Shown here: piece by piece, positions 1-12,984 of the stretch
How the letters are laid out: each line of letters starts with the position of its first letter
How positions within the stretch are numbered: position 1 is the first letter of the stretch
NCBI GenBank assembly: GCA_964016885.1
Contig: CAXHJY010001187.1
Coordinates: 60,077-124,076, forward strand
DNA: 64,000 bases
DNA from: Eledone cirrhosa
Taxonomy: Eukaryota
Direction: 5' to 3'
Translations under genes and position numbers: made by a program
Notes under the pieces: model-generated
The model's input: only the letters and a program-made list of their open reading frames with translations
What the model was told of the DNA's origin: nothing
Databases searched by the model: none

Positions 1-199
1 GTTCAGTATCAGAAGGGTCAATGCATGCATTTTTAATTCATTCAACACCATAAAATGATTTCTAAATTTCAGAAGAAATTGAAAGTGTGAATGATCTTGA
101 TACTTTTGTCACATATTGTGAGAAACATATATAGATAAAAGCAACACCTACTCAGCATGTAGTTGCATTCATCATATAGAGTTTATGGCTACTCCTTTT

Positions 200-760
200 C
201 TACATATTGAGCAAGGCCACTTCCTTGAAGTGATTAGTCCTATCTTCTTTCCTACTTACTAGCACTTTAGTTTTGGCTAAGTTTACTATCAGCCCCTTTT
301 GATTCCAAATTCTGTTTTTATAGTCAGAACTTATACTCTAGTTCTTTTATGAATTTGGCTTTCAGGACTAAATCATCTACATAGAGAAGTTCTCATGGAC
401 AGCTAGTCACAAACTCCTCTGTTACGGCCTGGAGAACTATAATTAACAACAGTGGTCTGAGAACTGAACGCTGATGATCTATCTGCACCTTGAATACCTC
501 ACTAAACTCACTTCCTTCTCTCACTTTACTGACAACTTGGCGTGCACTGTTCTCACAAGCTATTCTTCTACATCTACATTTAAAGACCACCAGATAACAG
601 AATGAGGTACTTTGTCAAAGATCAACAAAAGCTAAATACAGCAGCTTATTCTTGGCTAGGAACTTCTCTTGTAAGTGCCTCACTAAGAAGAGGGCATCTG
701 TAGGCTTAATTATATTCATCATAGGTTCTTTCTGAGGCAGTGTTTTATGCCCGGATACCT
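200..760 (-). mobile_element. Degenerate RTE-clade LINE RT fragment
   Basis: ORFs give TDALFLVRHLQEKFLAKNKLLYLAFVDL and HQRSVLRPLLLIIVLQAVTEEF, homologous to the RTE at 28409-30274. Confidence 0.85.
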
Positions 761-2469
761 TTTTAGGTGCTTCTAATGATGCAGGGATACATGTACCGAT
801 TTTAAACTGGATACACATGGTGATTATGAAATAGAACTCAAATTAACATTTTCCTCACCATATTTCTAATGAAATAAACTGTATTTCAGTTAATGAACAA
901 TTTAGAAGGATTTTCTAAACATTTTTTTTTTATTAATATGGTATTTAAAACAATTTATCAAAAGGGTTGTACATCAAATTATTGAAAGATTTAAATTTAA
1001 AATGGAAGGTTTTTTTTCATAGAACCAGAAGCAATTTTGGGCATGTTGGTATGGAAAGGGTTAAATGCATAGAACAATGTTCCTACATCTATCTGGGTTT
1101 TTTTTTGCCATTTAGATTGCCATTGAATAGTCTCAGTAGACTTGATGAGATGGAGGTCATAGTGCACTGTGAGACATTTCAGTTGAATGTTCTGAACAGT
1201 TAGTCGGTAAAGAGAATGGTATTTGTTTTAGTGATAGAGAAACTAGATATGAGTTCACATATGGTCATTATGTTGTTAGCGGTATTTAAAAAGTTAAATT
1301 TCTATTTGTGCAAAAGGAGATGATGGTGGATAGTCATTTGACTTTTATATTTTGGGTGCATTTTACTGTTTCTGCCTTATAGAGTTGAAGATTTTAAAGT
1401 TTTGAATTAGCATCTTTAAGTTTTTAAAACGTGTGTATGTATGCATGCACAAACACATATTTGTCGCCTGTTATAGATTGACATGGGAATAGGGCAGAGA
1501 AGATTTGTCTGCAATTCACTTAATGCCACCACACACTTGTACTTGCATACAGATACACATGCATTGCATAGAATAGATGAGATAAATTCCCTGTTCAGTT
1601 TGTCATGTCATGTATTTCTCCTAAAACTTAAAAGCTTTGAGAAAAAAGCAATTAATTCACTCATAATTCTAAAATAAAAAAAAAACAACTTATATAAGCA
1701 TTCATCATTTTATGTCCCTTTTCCATGCATTGGACATGTAAGGGAATCATATTTAGAATGGTCTCTACAGCTGGATGCTCTTCCTAATGCCAACCACATT
1801 ACAGAGTGTACTGGGTGCATTTTATTGTGGCACCAGAACTACTGGAGTGTACTGAATGCAACATCATCATCACTGTTTAACATCTATTTTTTATGCTTGC
1901 ATGTGTTAGATGAGACTAGCCAGGTTAGGTCAGGTGACTCTTGCTTATACGTATCTGTTTCTACAGCTGGATGCTTTTCCTAACGCCAACCAAATTACAG
2001 TGTAGACTAGATGCTTTTTATCGGGGCACCAAAATGTCCACCTATCATTGTATTTGTAAATGCAGGAAAGACCTGATTATCATTTTCAGCAAAAAATTAT
2101 TCCTTAAGAGAAACTTGTAGCTATTTAAAGGTGTAATAATGGTTTATTTAAATTAATCTAAAACATGAATTATAAGATGGCTGGTACAATGCAGTAGAAA
2201 TATATAAAAGGCAAAGGAGGACAAATAAAACAAAACAAAGTAATGTTTTACCCAGAAACACTTCTGTATGAGCGAGACACGGTCTCCCGACTTTTCCCGC
2301 ATCGAATGGAACAAAACCGTCTAACCCATGCTAGCATGGAAGATGGACATTAAACGATGATGATGATGATTTCAGCATGATATTTCAAGACTATTACCCT
2401 CTTTTCAAATGTAAAACTAAAACAGTTCAAAACAAAAATTGATGTGTTCTTCCCTAACTGGTCTCTGTG

Positions 2470-3020
2470 TCTAAAATATGTATGGTGTCAGTAGAGAAGT
2501 CTTCAATGAAGGCCTGAGTGTGCCAGCTGTATATTCAAGCTCTCCCTAGAGATGGCTTGTCTGATGGCAGTGGTTGTCTTCTCATTGAAATGCAGTAGCT
2601 TTAAGTAGCATATGTTACTTTTGGAGATGCGTGTCTTCCTTGTTCTTCTAAGTGTTGTTGCCTTGGCATTTTGGTGTTTGGTGAGAGTAGGGTGGCCATT
2701 CTTGGTGAGACCTTTCTAGAATTTCACTGTTTGTTGTCACTGTTACTGCATTTCATATATAGGTCATTTTGGCTTGGTACGGAAGGGCAGAATAATAATA
2801 CACAAAGATGTTGCTATAGGAATTCTTCTTGTAAAATTTGGTGTATATAGATCCCTTCTCTGTGACTCTTAGTGTAAAGTTGAGTAGAAAGAGGGATCCT
2901 GTGGTGTCTAAATGCTCAACCTCAAAATTCACGTGTATGTTTTTGAAGATGTTGTAAATCTTGATGGCTTCTTCACATGATGAAGTGAGCATAAGGATAT
3001 CATCCACATATCTGGAGAAG
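2470..3020 (-). mobile_element. Degenerate Penelope-like element RT fragment
   Basis: RYVDDI...NFEVE...LFLLNFTL...YTKFYKK...SALP follows the PLE RT motif 5-7 and thumb pattern. Confidence 0.75.
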
Positions 3021-4471
3021 GAGGAGAAAGAGTGGTGAGTGTTGTATGCTTCACCTGGTCCATGTATGTGATGGCCAGCAGGCCTGAGAGTCTTGACCCC
3101 AATAGAAGTCAAACTAGAAAAAGGTGTTGCACATGATGACAGAGTAGCTCATGGATGTCAGCAGCTGTGAACCCAAAGCAATTGAATTATTAATTTATTT
3201 CATGTGGTGAAAGAGCAAAGTTAGCTTATCTGGTATGGTATGTTACTGCTTTGAATTAAAATCTTGTTTCAGTTAACTTTGCCTTTCCTTTCTCTTGGAT
3301 GAATAAAATATTAGTGAGATAATTCGATTCATTTAATTATAGCTCATTCCTCTTTCAAAAATGATCTTATGCCTAATATAGAAATCATTTAATATATTTC
3401 GAAATTTCTTTTTAGAACAAATACTTGGAACAATACCAAACACTCCTATGAACTCCTATAACATCTGCAGTATGGATTGTGACATTAAATGTTGTGTATA
3501 ATTAGAATAAAGCTCTGACTTGCATTTTTTGGCCTTAACACCAACACTGTAAACTAATTTCCAAATAATAATTTGTTGAAATGATTATCAGAACAAAATA
3601 GTAAAGAAAATAGTAATGAATAATGATCATAATAATAATACTTTTTCATACAGACACAATGTCATAGATTTATGGGGTGGGGTAAATTGATTAAATTGAC
3701 TCTGTATTTGACTGGTACTTTATTTCATCAAACCTGGAAGGATAAAGGGCAAAGTTGATCTGATTGGTATTTGAACTTAAAATGTAAAGAGTCAGGACAA
3801 ACACTAAGGTATTTTGTCTGATGCCCCAACAATACTGCCAATTCCATGGACCAAAATCTACAAATAGTTAATAGAATTCCCATTTACATGAATGGTATTT
3901 AACCCTTTTCAGATTGTTGTATAAAGTGAAGAGACTTACTTGTGTCTGGACTGAATCTCCTTGCGTGATGCTCACATGTTTTGCACCCTACCAGAGAACA
4001 TAGAAAATCTCAGACACTCATTCACACCAGTCACAGGATGTCCACACTCTGCTACTCCACATGGACCAAGAGAGAGAGAGACCTGGCCCGCACTTTCGTT
4101 GTGATGTTACTGGCCCCTCACTGCCAGCACCCCCCCTGCACTTCCTGCTCCCTAGCCATACAGGGACTATACACAGTTCATGCTTCAATCAATTTAAAAA
4201 ATAATCAATGTTTTCATCATCAAGCTGATATTTATTTAGTATCTTTACCATATGAAACATTAGCAAAACATTCTTGAAAATGTACAAAGCAACACTTGAC
4301 TGCATTACATTAAACATTAAAATCTTATCTCTATTGCTGCAAATGTTCACAACAATCTGTCCACTAGTAAGGATACATTTGAATTAAACGTTTGTAAATA
4401 TTTTGTCAAATAAATCATAACAGGATATTGTCTTGATGTAATGTAAAGGAGCAAACCAATTTTAGCTTAAT

Positions 4472-5027
4472 ACTAGCAGAATGGCCCGGCGTTGCTCGGG
4501 ATTTGCTCTAGGGTTCTTATATATTTGATATATATTTATCCTTATCGAGCCTCGTGAAATAAATAAGTTTGTTTATATTTTGTTATTGTGTATGCAAAAA
4601 TATCTGTACACGAATATATATATATATATATAAAAATAACAGATAAAAGTTTAAGCAAAGAATCGCTGCTTTCACCCTTAACGGGATCTTCTGAAACTAA
4701 AAAAAAAAATCAATCTGTGAACGCAGAAGTAAATATTTCGAAAAACGTTACACACTATATATGCACGCACGCACGCACAGCGCCATAATGATGTAATGCA
4801 TACAGACAGATGTTATAAGGGTGCAACATTATATCTATGTATCTATCTAAAAAGAGAAAGACTAAGAATTAGAGAGAGAGATTGCCTAATGCTGTCCCTA
4901 GGGCATTGAAAATTTGAAATTTGTTTTACTCAAAACACTCACAGGACCATAAGTATTACATATGTAAAGTTTGAAAACAATCGGTTAGGTGGTTCTCGAG
5001 TTTTAGTGATAGAACAGATATATAGGT
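4472..5027 (-). mobile_element. Non-autonomous Helitron (family A)
   Basis: On the minus strand it ends in hairpin CCCGAGCAACGCCGGG + CTAG|T. The 5' end is ctatatatct-like. A homologous copy lies at 26640-31161. Confidence 0.75.
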
Positions 5028-5539
5028 TGGCGGATCATATAAACCTATCAGTTATTATAGTCAAAGAAGTCATAAACCAAATTCATCTGTCAATGTATTT
5101 TTTTACATAGAGGTCATTGAGTAGATTTTTCCATTATTTATTGGCAGAGGGGAATAGTTATTAAGAGGAACTGCCTAACACAACATTGAGAGGTCATAGT
5201 TCAAATTAGTCAGCAAAGCATTCAGAAAGAATATACCTGCTTAACCCTTAGCAACACAATACACTCAGAGAAATCTTTAACCTAATCTAACCCCTGTCTA
5301 TTGCTTTGTACCATGATACTTTTATTGTTCTAGGGTAATGTGTGAAACCTGATAACTTTTGATCTCTTGCTTTTGAGATTTTGGTGAACACAATGTTTGT
5401 GCCCTAAAAACCTGCAAATCTTTCAAAGAACTTCTTTTTAAGTTGGTTGCTACTGAGATCCACCTAGTTTTGGGATTAGAATGTTATACAATTCCATTGT
5501 AGTATGCATTGATGGTGCCGACTTAGTCTCTTATTCTAC

Positions 5540-6230
5540 AGTCACTCGGCTTTGCAACCCCACAGCGGTGCCTAGCTCAATGCCTTACCTTCGTTTTTGA
5601 CGAGCACGGGTATCCCTGAGGCTTGGTCTCCGGATCTGTGATCCACTGTAGACTCCTTCCCCCTTCACCCGCTGTCATGTTGCTACAGTCCTGGCCACCT
5701 TCCATGCCATGATGCTCTCAATGAGATCATAAAGCATAGCTTAGATGCTGCAGGCTTCCCCTCCCAGCTCAAGCTGCTGGTGCTAGACTGAGGGGGATGG
5801 CAAAAGGCCAGACAGCATGAGCATCTCCCTGTTCCACAGCGGTAAACCCTTCATCTGGGATGCCACATGCAGCGACACTTTCTCCTGGTGCAGTCTGCGA
5901 CTAATCCAGGCTCTGTTGCACGTCGAGCCAAGGAGAGTAAACTCTCCAAATATTGGTCGCTCTCTGACAGGTTTGTGGTCGAGCCTGTATCAGTGGAGAC
6001 TTCTGATTTTCTTGGCCCTAGGACCGCCTCTTTACTCACCATCATTGGCACAGAGTTGGCTACCTGCAGGTGCGAGCCTCACGTGTTGGCTCTTTCAATG
6101 CGTCTCCTTCACCATCCTTTGGGGGAAATGCCTTCTCCATTCTGTACGGTGGGATTGCTGGGTGGCCGGTGCATGGGCTCCCATTTGCATATAATGGGGA
6201 GAGAGACTGAGGCAGTGAGTGAAAGAGTGA
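5540..6230 (+). mobile_element. CRE-clade non-LTR retrotransposon 3' fragment (zinc knuckle + restriction-like endonuclease), frameshifted
   Basis: HDALN...GDGKRPD...IWDATC...AKESKLSKY...FVVEPVSVET...WLFQ.VS: RLE (PD..D/ExK) pattern of the CRE type. Confidence 0.75.
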
Positions 6231-7271
6231 GATCATCAACAGACACACACATTTTTACAGTTACTATTCATATCACAAATATGCAGCTATAAAGCCCATT
6301 CCTTAATCACAAACAACATACATTTAAAAACTTTTGATATTCTCTACAAAAGTAAACCTTCATCTATGATGGACCTCTCATCATAATATATCCAAGATTG
6401 CATTCCAGATTTTAGCTCTCTTCATCAGCGCCAGAAAATACTTCAGCTTAGAAGCATTTTACCAGTACTCTGAGAGCCTACATTAAGATACTGATTGCAT
6501 ACCTATGACAGTTTAGCAGCTACATACACAAACTTTCTATATTGCAAAAACCAAATCCCAGACCACCTGATTTATAAGCAAACCCTTACTCGCTCACCAA
6601 TGCCATGCCCTTTTTCTGTCTCTTCCACTACCACTAAAATGGTTTCTGTTCTCCAGACACTGACCTGCATTCTTCTTCAAATTATGTGAAATTTTCTTGT
6701 TTTGAACATTTTCATTATTAAATAGCTTAAGTCTTAGCTGAATCATTAGGGCATTGAAGAAAATGTTTTGTGGTATTTAGTTTCAGCTCTGTACATTCTA
6801 GGTTCAAATCTTTCTGAGATGAACTTTGCCTTTTATCCTTCCATCGTTAATAAAATGTAATATCAGTCTAGTATTAGGGTTGATGTAATCGACTTTCCTC
6901 TCTCCCCATATTGCTGGCCTTATATAAAAATTAAGAAATTATTATTATATAGTTTAAAGTAATTAAAATGTTTGTTGGAGTAGCGAAATACTTGTAGAAG
7001 ATCACGCCACCTAGCTTTTGGAGGCAGTTGATTAACTGCCCTTAGTTCTGGCGTCACATTCTGATGTCAGTAGCTGAATACACTCTTTTCAACTTTGTGT
7101 GTTGATGCGAGCAGACGCATTTCACTGTGGCGAAACAGCGATATCACACCATGCGGTCACGGGATATTTGAACACCGCCACGAAATGATAATTATGAATT
7201 ACCAATCAAGGAGCAATTGATATGATATTTGTCCCAGGCCTGCACCTATGTATGGAGAATCCATATATATA

Positions 7272-8100
7272 TCATCATCATTTAACGTCTATCTTCCACG
7301 CTAGCATGGGTTAGACGGGAGTTGTCCCACTTAAGGCAAGATTGGTCGGGTGACCGTGTCTCGCTTGTATAGTACTATCTGGTAGGTTTTCTATGGCTGG
7401 ATGCCCTTCCTAACACCAACCACATTTACAGTGTGGACTGGGAACCTTTTACTGTGTTACTTACATGACCACATTACAGCGTGGTCTGTTTTTTTGTTGT
7501 GACACCTACACGATCTCGATCTCGATCTCATTATCTCATTAGTTTTGACTGGATGTTGTGGTTCCAACATAACTTTACAGAGAAAGGGTGGTGGAGTGGG
7601 AGGATGGGGTAGTGTGTTGGGGTGTATATTTGGTTAAGAGGTGCCTACTGTTTGTAGGTTTCGCTCTGTACATAAGCAAGTCGGGTCTTCTGTATTACTG
7701 CGTGGCGCCAAAGATCTTGGTCCAGTGACATTGTCTTAGAGAGGTGCAAGTGTGTAAGGTCGGAATTTATCAAATCGTCCCAGGTTTTTCTTGGTCTACC
7801 TACTCCGTAACTTCCATCAATTTTGATGGCCCTGCACTTTTTTTTATACAACTGTCGTCTTTCATGCGCATCACGTGGCCATACCAACGTAGTCTTCTCT
7901 CAAGTAAACAGCATCTGATCCCTCTTATTCCTAATTTCTCACTTAATTCATTTGTTTTGCCGTTCGCGTATATTACTATTATACATCCTATGGAGCATGC
8001 ATGCTTCGTTCCTTTCCAGTCTGCGCAGGTCCTCTGCACACAATGCCCATGTCTCACTGCTATGTAACATTGCTGTTCGTATACAGGCATCATACAATCT
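7272..8100 (-). mobile_element. 5'-truncated RTE LINE, same family as 27474-30715
   Basis: GIRCCLLERRLRWYGHVMRM and GRPRKTWD motifs, 3'UTR and (GAT)n tail. Flanked by (TA)n on both sides. Confidence 0.92.
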
Positions 8101-8118
8101 GCATATATATATATATAT

Positions 8119-8678
8119 ACTAGACCACCCGTGACCCGTTCGGTCATGTTCGCTTAAAAATATATTTAAAAGATCATGTTCACTTAAAAATAATTTTTAA
8201 ATAATTAAAATTTAAAATATACAGACATGTATATAATGTAAAATGAAATTGGAAGGCCCATATATATATATATATATATCATCATCATCTTCGTTTAACG
8301 TCCATCTTCCACGCTAGCATGGGTTAGACGTGTGTGTGTCTGTGACCTATATACACTGGTCACACACACGCTCATACACATACACACACAGACAACACCA
8401 CCACCAACTATCTTCCATTTTCTTTTTCTGTCTCCTCTCTTTCAATCTACTCTGACAACCACTATCTCTTTCTCTCTCTTTCCCTGTCTCTATTTATGAA
8501 GATACCTGGAAAAACCCCGTATCTTGGGAACCCGTGCTCCGATTTACGCGAAACTTATTTCATTCCATTTGTATTCCCATTTCAGAAACAACTTCCTTTC
8601 AAAGTATTTTCACATTATGCGCTGTTTTGGCTGTATTAAATTACAGACAAGCACGCAATCACAGAGTTTTAGTAGTAT
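8119..8678 (-). mobile_element. Short non-autonomous Helitron derivative (family B), head-to-tail with the next element
   Basis: 3' hairpin + CTAG at 8119-8148. About 300 bp of its 5' terminus duplicates 9980-10285. Confidence 0.75.
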
Positions 8679-10290
8679 ACTAGACCACCTGTGACCCGTT
8701 GTTTGCTTCAAAATATTTTTAAAAAATCGTGTTCACTTAAAAATTAACGTGCTCTGATGTTGGGTTTGAATAGTTTTTTAGGATTCTTCAGTTCAGCAGT
8801 CAGTACATTAAATAAAATTGATAGTTACAACAATAAAGGCTGAACAGAGAACACATTTTTTTAAGAAACAATAATTTGTACAACCATAATGGAAATTCCA
8901 AGAAACAGAAAATATTTAAATTACATTGTTAGAGCCTCAGAGTATACAATATTTTTTGTTTGGCCCTCCAGAGCAAAGATGAAGAGATTGTTTGGCGGGC
9001 TCACCCTAGAGCATCCTACATACAATTGACCATGGGAGAATCACTGATCTTGTAGCTCGTCTTGCGGAGAAGCTCTGTAGACGTTGACCTCTGGACACTC
9101 CTGTCAGGAGCAGGTAAGCTGTAGTGACTTAGAGGCCTACCACACATCTCCAGGACACTGTTTTCAAGACAAATGAGCACCTCATTGAAAACGACATGGT
9201 ATGTTACGTTTGGATTGTGTCTGTGTGTGCGGTGGAGGATGTCCTCAGCTAGACTTTCGCGGTAGTTGTTCCACATTGTGAGAGGGTTGGCGAGATCACA
9301 GTTATGCAGCATAATAGCAAAAAAGTTTTCGCAGCTGAGAAGGGACTTTAGCAGTTGCTGCTGCCTGCAGGGTGAGGTGCCAATGGCTGTCATTGTGTAA
9401 CATACCACGCATCTGGCAAGCCAAACAACTAGTGGAACATTGATGGCCATTGATGGTTCTCAGATCTTGGAAAGACTGTGGTCCTCTAACCGCGAACAGT
9501 AACAATGATGATAAGCCGCCTGTGCTTTCGTGAAATAAATAGGTTTTTGTGTATGCAAAAATATCTGTACACGAATATATATATTAAAATAACAGATTAA
9601 AGTTTAAGCAAAGAATCTCTGCTTTCACCCTTAACGGGATCTTTTGAAACTTAAAAAATCAGTCTGTGAATGCAGAAGTAAATATTTCGAAAAATGTTAT
9701 CTAATACAGACAGCTAGATATATAGACTAAGAAAAAGAGGGGAATGTGGTACGTCATAAGAAAAAGTGAGGAGTGACGTATAACCGGAAGTGTTGACATT
9801 TGAAATTTTAAAGAAGTGGATATTTAAATAATGTCTTTAATCTTTTAACAAAATTCAGTAGACAAAAATACCCTCTTTTTTACTTGGAAAAAGTTACATC
9901 TATGGTGCAAATTTAGTGCTGTTTGGTCCAGCCGTTTGGCCGAAAGTTTGTTACCTCCATATGGCTGTCAGCTTTATAGTATATATACACAACACCACCA
10001 GCTCTCTCTCTCCCATTCTCCTTCTCTGTCTCCTCTCCCTCTCTCTATGTCTCTCTTTCAATCTACTCTCACAACCACTGTCTCTTTCTCTCTCTCTGTT
10101 TATGACGGTACCCGGAAAAACCTTGTATCTCTGGAACCCGTGCATCGATTTACGCGAAACTTGTTTTATTCTATTTGTATTCGCATTTCAGGGTCAACTT
10201 CCTTGCAAAGTATTTTCCTATTATGCGCCCTTTTGGCTGTATTACATTACAGACAATCAAGCGATCACAGACTTTTAGTAGTATATAGAA
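8679..10290 (-). mobile_element. Internally deleted Helitron (family B) retaining RepHel fragments
   Basis: LLFAVRGPQSFQDLRTING...MWNNYRESLAEDIL (Rep-helicase linker) is joined directly to FSHGQLYVGCSRV...TKNIVYSEAL (PIF1 motif VI and C-terminus). 5' TC(T)TCTATATACTACT, 3' CTAG. Confidence 0.9.
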
Positions 10291-11736
10291 GATAGATATA
10301 TACATATAAAGTGCTGTGATTGAGACATTTATGTCAGCTTTATTTTGCTCACTTCTGAGACACTTAGAATATTTGTGATAGCTTTCTGTAGTTATTGTTG
10401 ATATCATGACAATGTAGCATTAGTTAATCTCTAAGATAACATAAAAGTCCAAAATATCAACCTTAGTGTAATATCAATAGAGACCTGTTTATGAAATAAA
10501 CATATACAGTAACAAAAATTGTTTACTGCTGTTAATTCATCTTCTTACATTGTGCAGAAATCTTGTCCTAACAAGAGTTTGACGCAGGTAGATTTAATCT
10601 TATCTAGGTTAAAATCATTGATAACAAATAGCGTTAACTGAATGAATTATGATCTATTTCATCTCTTCATAGGAAATCTACTGCTTGAATTTAAGATTAT
10701 TCTTTATATAGCTATTTTTTTACAGCAAGCCTATTTTCATACATTAATACCTACATATCCTTTGCCTCCATAACTTGTGAATATATTTAATATTAGAATA
10801 TATTTGTTATATAAGATATCTTTTGAACAAAGAATTTATTTTAAATCTAGTCCTCTTTGTAAAGCCTTGGAGCATTTGTGTGAAGGTGCATCACTTAGTG
10901 ATTAGGGTGTTGGGCTCACTTTAGTAAAGTTGTGGGTTTGATTCTGGATCAGGTGATATTGTGTGTTCTTGAGTAAGACACTTCATTTTACATTGCTTTG
11001 CTTTTTGTGAGGCCCCACTATAATTAAAACACCCAAGAAATGGGATGCAGCTTCATAGGTGTGATCTGTAAAGTTAATTTTTTTCATTTCAATCTTCAAT
11101 TGTAGACCAAGGTTTTTGAACGAGTATGTTCTATTAGTATAGTTTTATTTTTAATATTGCTTATACATTGTTGATATTGCTTATACATTGTTGATATTTT
11201 GCCTGTCATTTTATATTTTATCAATAATCCATGAGGAAAATATAGATAATCTTACTCTAGTATGTGTGTTTACCAAAGAATTTAGATGTTGTTATTGCTG
11301 AACATAGTTTACTGAGGCCACACCCTAGAAGTATCTGAAATTAATATAAATTTTTGTCAAGACATTTACTATGTAATTTATGTGTGGCATTTACTAGTGT
11401 ATGAACTACTTTCTGTGAGCATGACCTAGATATACAACTGTTGTTTATAAGACAAATGAGAAATTTTCTTTGAAAAACTCACTGGTTGCATTGTACCAGA
11501 CATTATTAAGTATCTGTTGTTGGGGTGTATCAGTAGTGAACTTGCATTAGTGTACTAGTACTTGAAATTTTGAACATGATTATTTGAGACCTGAAAATAG
11601 TTTCATTTCTGTCTTTGTAAACAATTGCTTTTAAGCTGTATGTTGCACTGAAAGTAGTTATTGCAATTTTCTGTATGAGATGTTTTTTTGCTGTGTGATT
11701 TTTTTTTCTTTTTTTTTTTCTTTTTTTTTTTTCCAG

Positions 11737-11983
11737 AAATTAGAAATTTTTGAAACATATTCCAATCTAATGTTTTTAATAACTTTTGAACATGTATGAA
11801 GGCATTCTTTATGTATGTGTAGGAGTTGGGAGTGACCTCTTTGCTCTATACTAACATGAAGATTCATTTAAAAACTTGGCGCTGCTATTGAAATGAGCTG
11901 GTCATTAAACTTAGTAGAGGTTGCCCCGATGAGCACATTGCATCCCCACAACCAAACTCTACTGTGTACAATATGATGATTGG
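11737..11983 (+). other. Candidate 5'-UTR exon of the START gene, containing upstream ORFs
   Basis: Very long poly-T tract + ccAG acceptor and a strong GTAAGT donor at 11984. An in-frame TGA at 11930 lies upstream of ATG 12961 if spliced to 12934. Confidence 0.5.
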
Positions 11984-12407
11984 GTAAGTCATTAGAGCAT
12001 AGGACGAGATACTTTGTGGTATTTGTACTGACTCTCATCATTTAGTGATGGACAAAATGCTTTGCAATATTTGTTCCAGCTCTTTGCATTCTGAGTTCAA
12101 AATCCAGTTGTGGCTTACTTGACTGGTACACTTAATCCATAGCCTAATTTAACACCTGGCCTTTGGGTACCTTTAGTGGATTCTACTCTGTTGCATGGGC
12201 ATTGTCTTTCCCTTACTGACTAAATGGTAAAGAAATAGGCTTCATGAGCAATGTCTTGGATTTGAGAATTGCTACTTAACATTTGATCAGTTATTTCTGA
12301 TTTTGGTTTGATCAAGAATTCTAGCTTATATTTCTGAATAATTTCACTTTTTCACTTGTTTTTTCTTGCTGATGCCAGCTATTCATTCTAAGATTGTTCT
12401 TTAATAA

Positions 12408-12656
12408 CCCTTTTGTCACCATATTTTTAAGGAAAGGAACTGTCTTTGTGTTTCAGTTATTTTTGAAAATAATCAAGAATTTTTAGGGATTTAGTAAAAT
12501 AACTTTTTCATTATTAAAGTGGTGTTTGGAATATAACTTATCTAAGATTCTTGCATGAAATTGTTATGGAAGTTTTTTTTTCATAGATAAATATTAACAC
12601 TTCAAAATTAACATATTTGTATGATAGAACCAGGGGCAGTTTGGTATCAGAAAGGT
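12408..12656. mobile_element. piggyBac-type MITE (abundant intronic family)
   Basis: Begins CCCTTTTGTCACCA and ends TGGTATCAGAAAGG. Related decayed copies at ~850-968, 13545-13740, 20140-20270, 26465-26640 and 42655-42925. Confidence 0.65.
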
Positions 12657-12960
12657 TTTAGGAAGGTATCATAATGGTTAATGATACACAAAGCATAGGA
12701 AGGGAGTCCTTTCTTTTTAATTTTTGATATTCAATAATGTGCTGCTTTCGTGACTTAGTATTCTTCATGGTCATACCAGCTGTCATACCAGAGCATCTGC
12801 TTCGTTCAAAACTATTGAATTGTTACAATCCAATATTGGAACATTAGTTCTAGTTGACTAAAAACTGAAATAAAGTCCAGATGTGCTTGTTTTCTGTTTT
12901 TCTTTATATTTCTGTTTTTTAATTTAATTTTAGGGAACAACACTTACTGCAGTGGAAGTA

Positions 12961-12984
12961 ATGGAACTGCTGCAGAAGTCTCGG
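12961..12984 (+). CDS. Double-START-domain protein, coding exon 1 (exon 12934-12984; putative ATG at 12961; MELLQKSR)
   Basis: Acceptor ttttag at 12933, donor GTAAGT at 12985. ATG context gtaATGG. Phase 0 into the next exon. The true start could lie further upstream. Confidence 0.7.

Noticed and set aside
3416-3469. Possible 54-nt exon (QILGTIPNTPMNSYNIC) with AG/GTATGG boundaries
   Set aside because: Phase 1/1 does not join the phase-0 downstream exon and there is no supporting homology. It may be UTR or chance.
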